Shown: positions 8,252 to 20,948 of the stretch, piece after piece | Layout of the letters: each line of letters opens with the position of its first letter | How positions within the stretch are numbered: the stretch's first letter is position 1 | NCBI GenBank assembly: GCA_963675525.2 | Contig: CAXXSL010000016.1 | Span: 896,001 to 960,000 of the forward strand | Origin: Anaerohalosphaeraceae bacterium | Lineage (GTDB): Bacteria > Planctomycetota > Phycisphaerae > Sedimentisphaerales > Anaerohalosphaeraceae | Length of the DNA stretch: 64,000 nucleotides | Direction of reading: 5' to 3' | Position numbers and translations under genes: made by a program | Notes under the pieces: generated by a model | The model's database searches: none | The model's input: the letters and a program-made list of their open reading frames with translations, nothing else | What the model was told of the DNA's origin: nothing

Positions 8252-11243
8252 ATGCCATTATCACATTTCTACTCAAGCGTTTCGGTGTCTGTCTGGTTTT
8301 GTTTTTAGTGTTTTCCGCGGCCGGATTTGCGGCGACGTATTATGTGCCGGGCGACTATTCCACGATCCAGGGGGCGATTGATGCGGCGGTCTCTGACGAC
8401 ACAATTATCGTTTCACAGGGGACGTATGTTGAAAATATCAACTTTGGCGGGAAAGATATTGTTCTGGCATCGATCGATCCGCAGAACCCTGCGATTATCG
8501 AGAGCACGATTATCGACGGTGGACAAAATGGCTCCGTTGTGACATTTTCCGGCGGTGAAACATCCAACTGCATCCTGAGCGGTTTTACGATTACAAATGG
8601 TTATGCTGGCAATGGTGGGGGTGTTTATGGGAATTCTACCCAAGTAACCATCACCAGTTGTACCATTATCGGCAATACAGCCTATTATAGTGGCGGTGGA
8701 TTGTATGATTGCGATGGGACTATTGTTAGCTGTAATATTACCGGCAATACGGCTTCAAACAATGGCGGCGGATTGTACTGGTGTGATGGGTCGATTACCA
8801 ACTGCACGATTACCAACAATACGGCTGGCTTTCGCGGGGGCGGACTGATTTATTGCGATGGTTCGATTACCAACTGCGCGATCAGCGGCAATACAGCCAA
8901 TATTGATGGCGGGGGATTATGGCATTGTGATGGTACAATTACAAACTGCACGGTCACTGGCAATACGGCCAATAATGATGGCGGTGGATTATATGTGTGT
9001 GACAATTCGATTACCAACTGTATCATCTGGGGAAATAATGCGGTAAATTCCGGAGATCAAATCTATATCGACAATAGTTCAATTCCCACCTATAGCTGTA
9101 TCCAGGATTGGGCCGGAGGTGGCACGGGTAATATTTCGGATGCCCCGTTATTTGCTAACCCGGCACAGCGGGATTTGCATTTATTATCGGGTTCGCCGTG
9201 TATTGATACCGGAACGAACACACCGCCGGGAGGATTGCCTGCGACGGATATTGAGGGGGCTGCGCGGCCCTTTGATGGTAATATCGATTCAAATTCGGTT
9301 GCGGATATGGGAGCCTATGAGTTTCATTACGATCTGAATAAACCCTATATTCATATTTGGCCGAAGTTATTTTCTTTTTCTACTTTTGAGGCGGGCAGTA
9401 ATCCAAATGACAAAACATTAACCATCACAAATTTTGGAAATCCATCCTTGACTTGGTCAATGGATTTAAGTGACATGCCGGGATGGCTGACGATAGCGCC
9501 GACCAGCGGAACACTTGGGTATGGCGAAAGCGAACCGGTAACACTATCCCTAGACACAACGGGGTTGGGTGATGGTTTGCATTCCTATGTATTTGACATT
9601 GTTGATCCGGCGGCCCAAAACAGCCCGCAGGAAATCAGCATTTATCTCGCTGTTGGTGGTGTTATTGTGCCGGGGGATTATCCAACTATTCAGACGGCGA
9701 TTGATGGGGTTTCTGATGGTTATACAGTGATTGTTTTGCCGGGGGTTTATTATGAGAATATTAACTTTGGCGAGAAAAATATCATTCTGACCTCAACGGC
9801 CCCAACCGATCCGAATGTTGTGGTGTCCTTACAATCATCGACGGTGGCGGCAGTGATTCGGTTGTCACCTTTGATGGAATCGAATCTTCTGCCTGTGTTC
9901 TACAGGGTTTTACAATTACGAATGGTAAAGGCAATAATTTGGGCGGCGGTATTGACGGAGCCGGCGCACAGGCAACGATTACGAATTGTATCATCCGCGA
10001 CAATTCAGCACTGTATTACGGCGGTGGATTGTATGATTGCGATGGAACAATTACCAATTGTACGATCACGGGCAATATCGCTAATGGCCCCGGCGGTGGA
10101 TTGCATGGGTGTGACGGAACAATTACCAACTGTACAATCAGCGGCAATGCGACGACCGGTTACTCCGGCGGCGGGTTATCTGAGTGTGCCGGCACAATCA
10201 GTCATTGTACGATTGTCGATAATACGGCTAATGAATCTGGCGGCGGATTGTATAATTGTGATGGTTCGATTACCAACTGCACGATCAGCGGCAATACGGT
10301 TGAGGAGATTTATGGCAGCGGCGGGGGGGGCTTGGCTGGTTGCGATGGCCCGATTACCAACTGTACGATCACTGGGAATTCGGCTTCTGACGGCGGGGGC
10401 TTGACTGGTTGCGATGGGCCGATTACCAACTGCATGATCGCGGGCAATAATGGCGGCGGACTGGGTCGCTGTGACGGGGCAATCGCTAATTGTACAATTG
10501 TTAGTAATACAGCCATTCAGGGCAGTGGTCTGGCCTATTGCAATGGCACAGTTACCAACTGTATTATCTGGGATAATGATATTCTTTCGTACCAAACACC
10601 GTCACCGTGCTGGACATGTCCGATTGTTTTCAGCTATTGCTGTTTTCAGGGGATGACCGGAACGGATTGGGTTGGAAACATGGGAGAGGTCCCGCTTTTC
10701 ATTGATCCGAATAATGGTAATTATCATCTTAAGAGCGAATACGGACGTTGGGATCCGGATGCGCTACAATGGGTCTATGACGACGTGACCAGTCCGTGCA
10801 TTGATGCGGGCGATCCGGGTTTTGTTGAGTGGCAGAATGAACTGTGGCCGCATGGGGGGCGGGTTAATATGGGTGCTTACGGCGGGACGGCGGAGGCGAG
10901 TATGTCGGGTAACCCGGTCGGCAATGCGGCGGATCTGGATCATGACGATGAAGTGGGTGTCAGTGATTTGCTGCTGCTGAGCGAGGACTGGCTGTATGCG
11001 GAGTATCTGTTGGATACGGACCTGAACCGCAACGGCGTGGTGGACATCGCGGACTTTGGGGACTTCGCGCGGCAATGGCTGCGGGGGGTTGGATTGACAA
11101 TTGTCGATCCGCCATCGCTGGATCCCGGCTCGGGGGCCGGGATGACATTGCTTTGGCGAGACAAGTTGACGATGGACGAGCACGGACGAAATGGACGTAC
11201 ACAGACAAACACGGACAATTCAATTGTAAATTGTATATTGTAG
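8252..11243 (+). CDS. Secreted parallel beta-helix repeat protein with two beta-helix modules, a BACON-like linker and C-terminal dockerin/EF-hand-like repeats; two frameshifts (~8267, ~9829)
   Basis: ~22-aa GGGL.xCDG.ITNC.I.GN repeats; duplicated VPGDYxTIQ.AID start; DLDHDDEV..SD / DLNRNGVVDIAD tail; the signal peptide and second module join only after one-base corrections. Confidence 0.75.
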
Positions 11244-11701
11244 ATTGGGGTGGAGGATTGTCGAATGACGATGGACGAATGACGATTGATTTTAGATAAC
11301 AGGCAACGCTACCGGCTTGCGGTACTTGGGAAAAAACTGGGGCGGGGGGGCTGGACGGGGCATTTCGATTGATTAATGTAAATTGTAGATTGTATAATGT
11401 GTATTAACCACCCCGGCCTTCGGCCACCGGTCCTTGGTAAGGAGGGGAGTTGGGAGTTAAGGGGGGGACGATGGGATTATGTCGTCCGCTGCGGGGGCTT
11501 TGGGTGGCTGGTAAATAACTTATATGCAAAACCTTATCAAAGAGCCGCTGTTTTCACGCCTGCGGCTCTTTTTTATGGATTGAATCTTAGAATCTCCGGG
11601 GACTTGGGGTAAGCTTTCCGGGGTTAAAATGTCGGAAAATAAGGGCATGAAAGGGATAAAGTTCGTTTGCATGTCTGTCATAAGCCGATATAATACAGTG
11701 C

Positions 11702-11749
11702 TAAGAACTCAAGAACACAGGAATACCAGAATTCAAGAATATCGGAATG
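11702..11749 (+). repeat. Six degenerate tandem 8-mers (consensus CAAGAAYA)
   Basis: taagaact caagaaca caggaata ccagaatt caagaata tcggaatg. Confidence 0.6.
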
Positions 11750-11794
11750 CGGAGCTTGGGCTTCGACTTTTAAGTTTAGTATAGGAAACGTGTT

Positions 11795-12862
11795 ATGGTT
11801 AAAGTGGACAGGCTATTCAAGGTTTTTACGGTTTTGATGGTTGTATTGGGCGGTTTTTGCACGGCCGAAACTTATGTGCTCAGTGCGGATCAGGATTGGC
11901 AGAATTTGGCGGATATGCCGGATGGCGAATATTTGCTGGCGATGTCGAAGATCAAACAGCAGCTTTTGAGCGGCGACAAATCGGCCGTAACCGAGGCCCT
12001 GGAACAGCTTAAATCGGATTTTCCGGATATGGACGCCGAGGAAGTGGATGCGTTTATTGAGGCCGAGCGGTTTTACGCAAAAAAGGTTTGGCATAAAGCG
12101 GCGGTCCGGTACAAACAGTTTCTGGATGCCCGCCCGGACAGCGTGCTGTATCCGGCGGCGATCGAGCGGCTTTTCTCAATCGGGGTTGCCTACATGCAGG
12201 GGGAAAAGCGCCGGTATATCAAGGTGCTGAATCTGCCGGCTTTTGATGATGGCGCCAATCTCATGCAGGATATTGCCGACCGTGAGGGCAATTCGCCGAT
12301 GGCTTTGCGAGCGTTGACCGCGCTGGCGGAAAATCAGGAACGCCGGAAAAAATATTTTGAAGCCTACCAGACCTGGGCGGAGATCGCGACCCGTTGGCCG
12401 ACTGGAAAGGCCGCCCGGGAAGCATTGCTGAAAATGGCCCAGGAACTGCATGCATCCTATGGCGGTGCGCAGTTTGATGCCGTCGCGATACTGAGTGCTA
12501 AAAGCTATTACGAAGATTATATCAGCCGGTACCCGAAACAGGCAGAAGAACTTAATATGGCAGAAGAACTTGCGTTGATCGAAGAACAGCGTGCTTATAA
12601 GCAATACCACACGGGCGCATATTACGATCGCACCGGAAAACCAGAGGTTGCCAAAATGTATTACGGCACGGTGCTTGCCGAATGGCCCGACAGCAAGGCG
12701 GCTGTGATGGCACAGATGCGGCTGGAAGCCGATGCGCCGCCGGCAATCGAACAGACAAAGCGGAGAAAGTTGTTTGATTTGGGCAACGAATTTCTGGATA
12801 GCTGGTACGGCCTTGAAACACTGCATGATAAAATGGCTCCGTCGAAAAACCAAGAACAATAA
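11795..12862 (+). CDS. BamD-like TPR outer-membrane assembly protein
   Basis: Signal peptide, TPR-like helices with YP/WP turns, YYDRTGK..A..YY; adjacent to lptE-like gene. Confidence 0.7.
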   Translation: MVKVDRLFKVFTVLMVVLGGFCTAETYVLSADQDWQNLADMPDGEYLLAMSKIKQQLLSGDKSAVTEALEQLKSDFPDMDAEEVDAFIEAERFYAKKVWHKAAVRYKQFLDARPDSVLYPAAIERLFSIGVAYMQGEKRRYIKVLNLPAFDDGANLMQDIADREGNSPMALRALTALAENQERRKKYFEAYQTWAEIATRWPTGKAAREALLKMAQELHASYGGAQFDAVAILSAKSYYEDYISRYPKQAEELNMAEELALIEEQRAYKQYHTGAYYDRTGKPEVAKMYYGTVLAEWPDSKAAVMAQMRLEADAPPAIEQTKRRKLFDLGNEFLDSWYGLETLHDKMAPSKNQEQ

Positions 12863-12884
12863 TTATGAAACGAGGGACCCAATT

Positions 12885-13400
12885 GTGAAACCCAATCAAT
12901 TTATATGGTTCGTAATCGTTGCCGCCACACTGTCGATGGTTTTGTTGGGCGGCTGCGGACAGGGATACCGGAACACCTGGCTGTATCCGGAAGAGGTTAA
13001 AACCGTTTATGTGAAAATGCTGGATACCGGCGGATTTCGCCGAGGGTATGAGTATGAGTTAACTGATGCTGTTTGCAAGATGATCGAGTCGCAAACGCCG
13101 TACAAGATCGTTTCAGACCGCAATGTGGCCGACTCCGTGCTGAGCGGAAATCTTGGGATTCACACGGGTGTTCTGGCCGGTGATCCGTATACCGGCAGAT
13201 CGCTGCAGAGTGAATCGCTGGTGACCGTTACGATTTCCTGGAAGAACCTTAAGACGGGTCAACTGCTGATCGACGGCGAAAGCGTCAGTGCTTCGAGCAC
13301 CTATTCGACGCAACTGGGTCAGACGGTGGACTATTCGATTGGGCGTGCGGTGAACAAAGCGGCCCAAAAAGTCGTAGAGCTGATGCAGACCCCTTGGTAG
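12885..13400 (+). CDS. lptE: LptE-like LPS assembly lipoprotein
   Basis: Lipobox LLGGC; LYPEEVKTVYV, ADSVLSG, A.KVV.LM..PW. Confidence 0.7.
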   Translation: MKPNQFIWFVIVAATLSMVLLGGCGQGYRNTWLYPEEVKTVYVKMLDTGGFRRGYEYELTDAVCKMIESQTPYKIVSDRNVADSVLSGNLGIHTGVLAGDPYTGRSLQSESLVTVTISWKNLKTGQLLIDGESVSASSTYSTQLGQTVDYSIGRAVNKAAQKVVELMQTPW

Positions 13401-13493
13401 TCGAATTATTTAAGTAATCTCATAAAAGGACTGCATTTCGGTCAATTAGAATTACTAATCTAGATATTCATAAAAACAGGAACTAATTTTTTT

Positions 13494-15559
13494 ATGGTCG
13501 ATAAACCAACACCTTCACCCAAGAAACCCCTGAAACAGGGCCCGGGGAGTCCCTTGCCCAAGTATAATCGCGGTCCATTTACGTGGCTTCTGGTCGGCCT
13601 GGTTATCATGACGCTACTGATGACGATGAGCAAGAATATGACGCGCTTTGAGGAAGTGCCGTTCTCCCAATTCAAGACCGATGTCGAGCAGGGTTACGTC
13701 AAAAATGTTGTTCACTTAAAATCCACCGGCGAAATTACGGGCGAGTATAGCCAGAAAGGCATTGCTTCCCGTGAAGGGGAGCAGCCGGTTAAATTTAAAA
13801 CCAAATATGACCCTGAGATGCTGCCGGATAACTATGAAGAGTGGCTGCGTCCGAAAGTTGAAACCTATTCATTTGAAAACCCCAGCCAGTGGGTGCCGAT
13901 CGTCTTTAATATCCTGCCGTTTATACTGTTGATCGCACTGATCTACTTTTTCTTTATTCGCAACATGAAAGCCGGCGGCGGCATGCTGATGAACTTCGGC
14001 CGCAGTAAGCATCGTATGCAGGGCAAAGGCACCAATGTGACGTTTGATAATGTTGCCGGTATCGAAGAAGCCAAGGACGAGGTGACGGAATTAATCGAAT
14101 TTTTAAAGAATCCCAAGAAGTTTAAAAAGCTGGGTGGGCGTATTCCTCGCGGCGTTCTCCTGGTGGGTCCTCCCGGCTGCGGCAAGACTTTGCTGGCCAA
14201 GGCGATTGCCGGAGAAGCGGAGGTACCGTTCTTCAGTATTGCCGGCAGTGATTTTGTCGAAATGTTTGTGGGCGTTGGTGCCAGCCGGGTCCGCGATCTG
14301 TTTAAGCAGGCCAAAGAGAATTCGCCCTGCATTATCTTCCTGGACGAGATTGACGCCATCGGTCGCAAACGTGGTCCCGGTTTTGTCAGCGGCGGGCATG
14401 ATGAGCGTGAGCAAACGCTGAATGCAATTTTAGTAGAAATGGACGGCTTTGATACGGACGATCAGGTTATTGTTGTGGCCGCGACGAACCGCGGAGACAT
14501 CCTGGATAGTGCCTTGACCCGCCCGGGCGTTTTGACCGGCAGGTCATTGTTCCGCTGCCGGATCTGAAAGGCCGCATGAATATTTTGCAGATTCACGCCA
14601 GGAAAGTGAAATACGCACCGGATATCAACTTTGAGAAACTGGCGCGCGGGACACCGATGTTCAGCGGCGCCGAACTGGAAGCGCTGATCAACGAAGCAGC
14701 CATCAGTGCCAGCATGCAGGATAAAGATTTTGTCGAGATGGCCGATTTTGAAGAGGCCCGCGATAAGGTTCGCTGGGGTCGTGCCAAACGAAGCCGTCAG
14801 GTTGACGATTACGACCGCAAGATGACAGCCTATCACGAGGCCGGGCACGCTTTGATCCAAGCGATGCTGAAAGATGCAGACCCGTTACACAAGGTCAGCA
14901 TTATTCCGCGCGGGCCGATGGGCGGGGCGACATTCTCGCTGCCGGAAAAGGACCGTTTGTACTACTCGAAGAAATATTGTCTGGCACAGTTGCAGGTCTG
15001 CTTTGGCGGACGTGTTGCTGAGGAGATATTCTGTGACGATGTAACCAGCGGGGCACAGTCGGATATCAAGCAGGCGACGATGATCGCACGTGAAATGGTG
15101 ACCGAATGGGGCATGGGCGAAGAACTGGGCCCGGTCAAGTATTCACCCGATATGGGTGCTGAAATGTATTACGGGATGGGCTCGGACTATTCCCAGAAAA
15201 CAGCCGAGACCATCGACCGTGAAATTAAAAAACTGATCGATCAGGCTTATGCCAAAGTCACGAATCTGGTCGAGGCCAACAAGGATAAGATGGAAGCACT
15301 GACTCAGGCCCTGCTGAAATACGAAACGCTGGATGCCGACGATGTGAAGATCATTCTTGACGGTGGAGCGCTGGACAAGCCGACCGTGGCTGATCTGCTG
15401 AAGATGGAGCAGGATAAAAGTAAAGGGAAATCGCCGAATGACAAAGATTATGATATTTATGCTGATTCGGATGACAGCTTCTGGGATGACGAGAAAGACG
15501 AACGGGTTGATGATGAGGGCTTCGGTGAAAAGGACGATGCGGAAGACGACATGTTATAA
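13494..15559 (+). CDS. ftsH: ATP-dependent zinc metalloprotease FtsH (frameshift at ~14528)
   Basis: 2 [23 protein letters not shown] split by one missing base, HEAGH. Confidence 0.93.
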
Positions 15560-15590
15560 CGTCATTTAATTTCGATGAATGAATATTGAT

Positions 15591-15627
15591 GAGCCCTGCA
15601 GGCGCGAATGCCTGCGGGGCTTTTTTT
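15591..15627 (+). terminator. Intrinsic terminator after ftsH
   Basis: AGCCCTGCAGGC-gcgaat-GCCTGCGGGGCT followed by a T run. Confidence 0.85.
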
Positions 15628-15699
15628 ATGTTAAGAATTCATGCGGCAGGTTTCAAAATACGTCTCAATGAAAATACAGTTATCGAGGTGTCGGAAAAA

Positions 15700-15831
15700 C
15701 TGCCAAAATGAACGGGTTTTTCGGGTGCAATTTTGGCAGAGATTCAAATTTTACAGCGGCTCCGTTAATTCATAACTTATTGTAAAAAAAAGAGATACAT
15801 CTTCGCGTTTCAGATTGGCACGCTATTTGTA
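15700..15831 (+). promoter_or_regulatory. Sigma54-type promoter with an upstream inverted repeat
   Basis: TGGCACG-N4-TTGTA at 15816-15831; CTGCCAAAAT/ATTTTGGCAG at 15700-15739. Confidence 0.6.
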
Positions 15832-15902
15832 ATTACCTTTTAATAGAGATGTTAGAACAAAAAAAGAATCGTTAACGTAATTAAAAGAAAGGAGTGAAGA
15901 CT

Positions 15903-16421
15903 ATGGTTTTCCAAGAAATGGTACCCTGGAAAAAAGGCAGACAGAATGTGAATGTACGACATGGCGAGAATGAGTTTCCTCTCAGTTCGCTGCAGCGCAG
16001 AATGAACCGGATGTTCGATGATTTCTTCGGTGACTTTAGTGATTTTTCACTCAGTCCTTTGCGTACATGGAGTCGTTGGGCCGAAGGGTTTGTCCCTCGA
16101 ATGGACATGACCGATACCGAAAATGAAATCACGATCATGGCTGAACTGGCCGGGGTTGATGAGAAGGATGTGGATATCACGGTGCAGGATGACGTGCTGA
16201 CAATTCGCGGCGAGAAAAAGACCGAACACGATGAAAAGAATCATCGCTGCTGCTTGGCCGAACGGTCTTACGGGACATTCAGTCGATCCATCGTATTACC
16301 TGCTGAGATCGAGCAGGATAAGATCGAAGCATCCTTCAAGAAAGGTATCCTTACGGTTCGCTTACCCAAGCTGCCCGTGGAAGAATCCAAAGCCAAAAAG
16401 ATCGAGATCAAAGGCGGCTAA
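15903..16421 (+). CDS. Hsp20/alpha-crystallin small heat shock protein
   Basis: ERSYGTFSRSIVLP, A.FKKGILTVRLPK, terminal IEI motif; RBS GAAAGGAG. Confidence 0.93.
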   Translation: MVFQEMVPWKKGRQNVNVRHGENEFPLSSLQRRMNRMFDDFFGDFSDFSLSPLRTWSRWAEGFVPRMDMTDTENEITIMAELAGVDEKDVDITVQDDVLTIRGEKKTEHDEKNHRCCLAERSYGTFSRSIVLPAEIEQDKIEASFKKGILTVRLPKLPVEESKAKKIEIKGG

Positions 16422-16608
16422 GAAAGTTATGTATTCACTGGGCCTGCTGCAAAGGCAGGCCCGTTTTATTGGATTTTGTGGTGATTGCCGAGAAGAGCAA
16501 TTAGGGGATGTTAAGCAAGCCCGGCTAAGACAGAGGGCTTGTTCGCGTTTTTGCATTGTAGAAAAGTTTAACAGCGAAGAAACAATTGAGTAAGAAGAAA
16601 GGACAAAC

Positions 16609-18054
16609 ATGATGAAACCAAGACAAAAAAAATCCGTAAAAATGCGGGTACTGACTCTGTTGCTATCGATCCTAACCGTTCCGATTTTTGCCGAGGAGGT
16701 CAATTCAAACGGGATTGAGACGTTACGAAAAACGGGGAAGGCATTTTCGTCCGTTGCCAAACAAGCGACGCCGGCGGTGGTCGCGGTGCAGGTCCGAACG
16801 AAAGTGACCGTTCGGGGCTCGGATTTTTTCGGCTCGCCTTTTGATAACGATTTCTTTGAACGGTTTTTTGGTCAGCGGATGCCCCGCGGTCAGCAGCCGC
16901 AGGAGCGTTGGCGAGGCGGACAGGCGTCCGGTTTTATCATCAGCGAAGACGGCTATGTCCTGACCAACCATCATGTCATTGACGGTGCCGACGAAATTAA
17001 AATTATCATGAGCGATGGCCAGGAGTATGACAAAGTTGAAGTTATCGGCTCAGACAATAAAGCCGATGTGGCGCTGCTCAAAATACAGGATGCGGATAAT
17101 CTGCCCACGGTCGAACTGGGCGATTCGGATGACCTGGAAATTGGGGAATGGGTTATTGCAATTGGCAATCCGTTCGGTTTGACTGAAACGCTGACGGTTG
17201 GCGTGGTTAGTGCGCTGGGCCGGAAGGTCGGCGGCGAAGACGTTTACCAGGATTTTATTCAGACGGATGCGGCAATCAATCCCGGCAACTCCGGCGGGCC
17301 GCTGCTCAATCTGGAAGGCAAAGTCATCGGTATTAATTCGGCGATCATCACCGGCGACCGGGGCTATATGGGCATCGGACTGGCGGTACCTATCAATATG
17401 GCCAAGGCCATTCAGGAACAGCTTATCAAAACGGGCAAGGTTCAGCGTGGCTATGCCGGTATTGGATTGCAGGATATTCCAGCTGAAATGGCGGAGTTTT
17501 TTAAGTTGGAGAACAATAAAGGTGCGGTCATTACCAATGTGCTCGAAGACAGTCCCGCTGATAAAGCCGGCTTCAAAAAAGACGACGTCATCATTCAAAT
17601 CGGCAACAAACAGGTCAATGATTCACAGGATGTCAAAAATATTATTGGTTTTACCGCCCCCGATACTGAAGTTGAAATAACCATCGTCCGAAAAGGCAAA
17701 GAAAAGAAAGTTATTCTTAAAGTGGGTTCCAAGCAGGAAAGTGAACTGGCCGAAACATCAGACGTCGGCAAAAAGCTGGGACTGACAGTTCAGACGATAA
17801 CCGAAGAAGTCGCCGATGAATACGGCGTTAAAGAGGGCGTTGGCGTGCTGATTCTGGAGGTTGAAGAAGGCAGTTCCGCTGCTTATAAAGGACTTCGCAA
17901 GGGAATGATTATTCTGGAGGTCAACGGTGAAAAGGTTACCGATGTCAGCGAGTTTAATCTGGCCCTGAAACCAACGGAAGAAACCAAAAAGGCTTATCTG
18001 TATGTAAAGGCTGGCCGGAGCGTGTACTATGTACCGTTGAAGCTGGATGAATAA
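16609..18054 (+). CDS. degP: DegP/HtrA serine endoprotease with two PDZ domains
   Basis: LTNHHV, DVALLK, QTDAAINPGNSGGPL. Confidence 0.9.
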   Translation: MMKPRQKKSVKMRVLTLLLSILTVPIFAEEVNSNGIETLRKTGKAFSSVAKQATPAVVAVQVRTKVTVRGSDFFGSPFDNDFFERFFGQRMPRGQQPQERWRGGQASGFIISEDGYVLTNHHVIDGADEIKIIMSDGQEYDKVEVIGSDNKADVALLKIQDADNLPTVELGDSDDLEIGEWVIAIGNPFGLTETLTVGVVSALGRKVGGEDVYQDFIQTDAAINPGNSGGPLLNLEGKVIGINSAIITGDRGYMGIGLAVPINMAKAIQEQLIKTGKVQRGYAGIGLQDIPAEMAEFFKLENNKGAVITNVLEDSPADKAGFKKDDVIIQIGNKQVNDSQDVKNIIGFTAPDTEVEITIVRKGKEKKVILKVGSKQESELAETSDVGKKLGLTVQTITEEVADEYGVKEGVGVLILEVEEGSSAAYKGLRKGMIILEVNGEKVTDVSEFNLALKPTEETKKAYLYVKAGRSVYYVPLKLDE

Positions 18055-18085
18055 TTGTCGTCATACACAAAGTCTGGATGAAAAT

Positions 18086-18122
18086 AAAAAGCCCGGGACG
18101 GTTAACCGCCCCGGGTTTTTTT
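18086..18122. terminator. Bidirectional terminator between degP and katG
   Basis: A run, CCCGGG..CCCGGG stem, T run. Confidence 0.8.
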
Positions 18123-18145
18123 AAAACCAAAAATTTAATGTTGTT

Positions 18146-18211
18146 TTAAAGTCCCAGTTCTTTGGCAATTCCACGGCCGTAGTTTTTGTCGGCCTTGTTG
18201 AAATGGGCCGC
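18146..18211 (-). pseudogene. Remnant C-terminus of a monofunctional catalase
   Basis: Translates as AAHFNKADKNYGRGIAKELGL*, resembling the HF.KAD..YG..IA..LGL end of small-subunit catalases. Confidence 0.65.
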
Positions 18212-18213
18212 TA

Positions 18214-20424
<2,211 letters not shown>

Positions 20425-20478
20425 TCATGATTAGGTTTTTACCCATGTCATATTTTTTAAATTTGAGCAAACAGCATA

Positions 20479-20877
20479 TTATGACTTTTTCTTATGGCCT
20501 CGCATGACGACCTGATAATCGAGCACTTCAAAATCCGCAAGTGAGCCCGCTCCGCTTACTTTCAGGGCGGCCCAGGGAATATCATGAATTTCGCCTGTCT
20601 TCTCATCAATAAAATGGTGGTGAGGTTCCACACAAGAGTCATAAACGACCATCCCTTCTTTTATTACTTGAGTTTTTAAGATTCCCTTCTCTACAAAGAG
20701 ATTGAGTGTATTGTAAACAGTGGCTCGTGATATTGTGGGGCAGCTCTTCTTAACAACCTGCCAGAGATCATCAGCGGATGTGTGAATCTTCACTCGAAGA
20801 ACAGCTTCAGCGACCGCGATTCGCTGCGGGGTAGGCTGTACCTTGTGTTTCCGAAGGATAGTGATTATCGTTTCCAT
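20479..20877 (-). CDS. Fur/PerR-family transcriptional repressor
   Basis: TPQR, ISRATVYNTL, HHHF. Confidence 0.9.
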   Translation of the reverse strand: METIITILRKHKVQPTPQRIAVAEAVLRVKIHTSADDLWQVVKKSCPTISRATVYNTLNLFVEKGILKTQVIKEGMVVYDSCVEPHHHFIDEKTGEIHDIPWAALKVSGAGSLADFEVLDYQVVMRGHKKKS

Positions 20878-20882
20878 TAGTA

Positions 20883-20914
20883 TTTAGACTAAGTCTAAAA
20901 CAATACAACGTCAA
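20883..20914 (-). promoter_or_regulatory. Promoter overlapped by an 8-1-8 palindromic operator
   Basis: TTGACG-N17-TAGTCT ending 8 nt before the ATG; TTTAGACT-A-AGTCTAAA at 20883-20899. Confidence 0.7.
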
Positions 20915-20948
20915 GAAAAATCAGTAAATTTTCAAAAAAACCGCATTT

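Noticed and set aside
8600..10570. Regularly spaced ~66-bp nucleotide repeats resembling a CRISPR array
   Set aside because: They are in-frame codons of beta-helix protein repeats, degenerate at third positions; no cas genes are present
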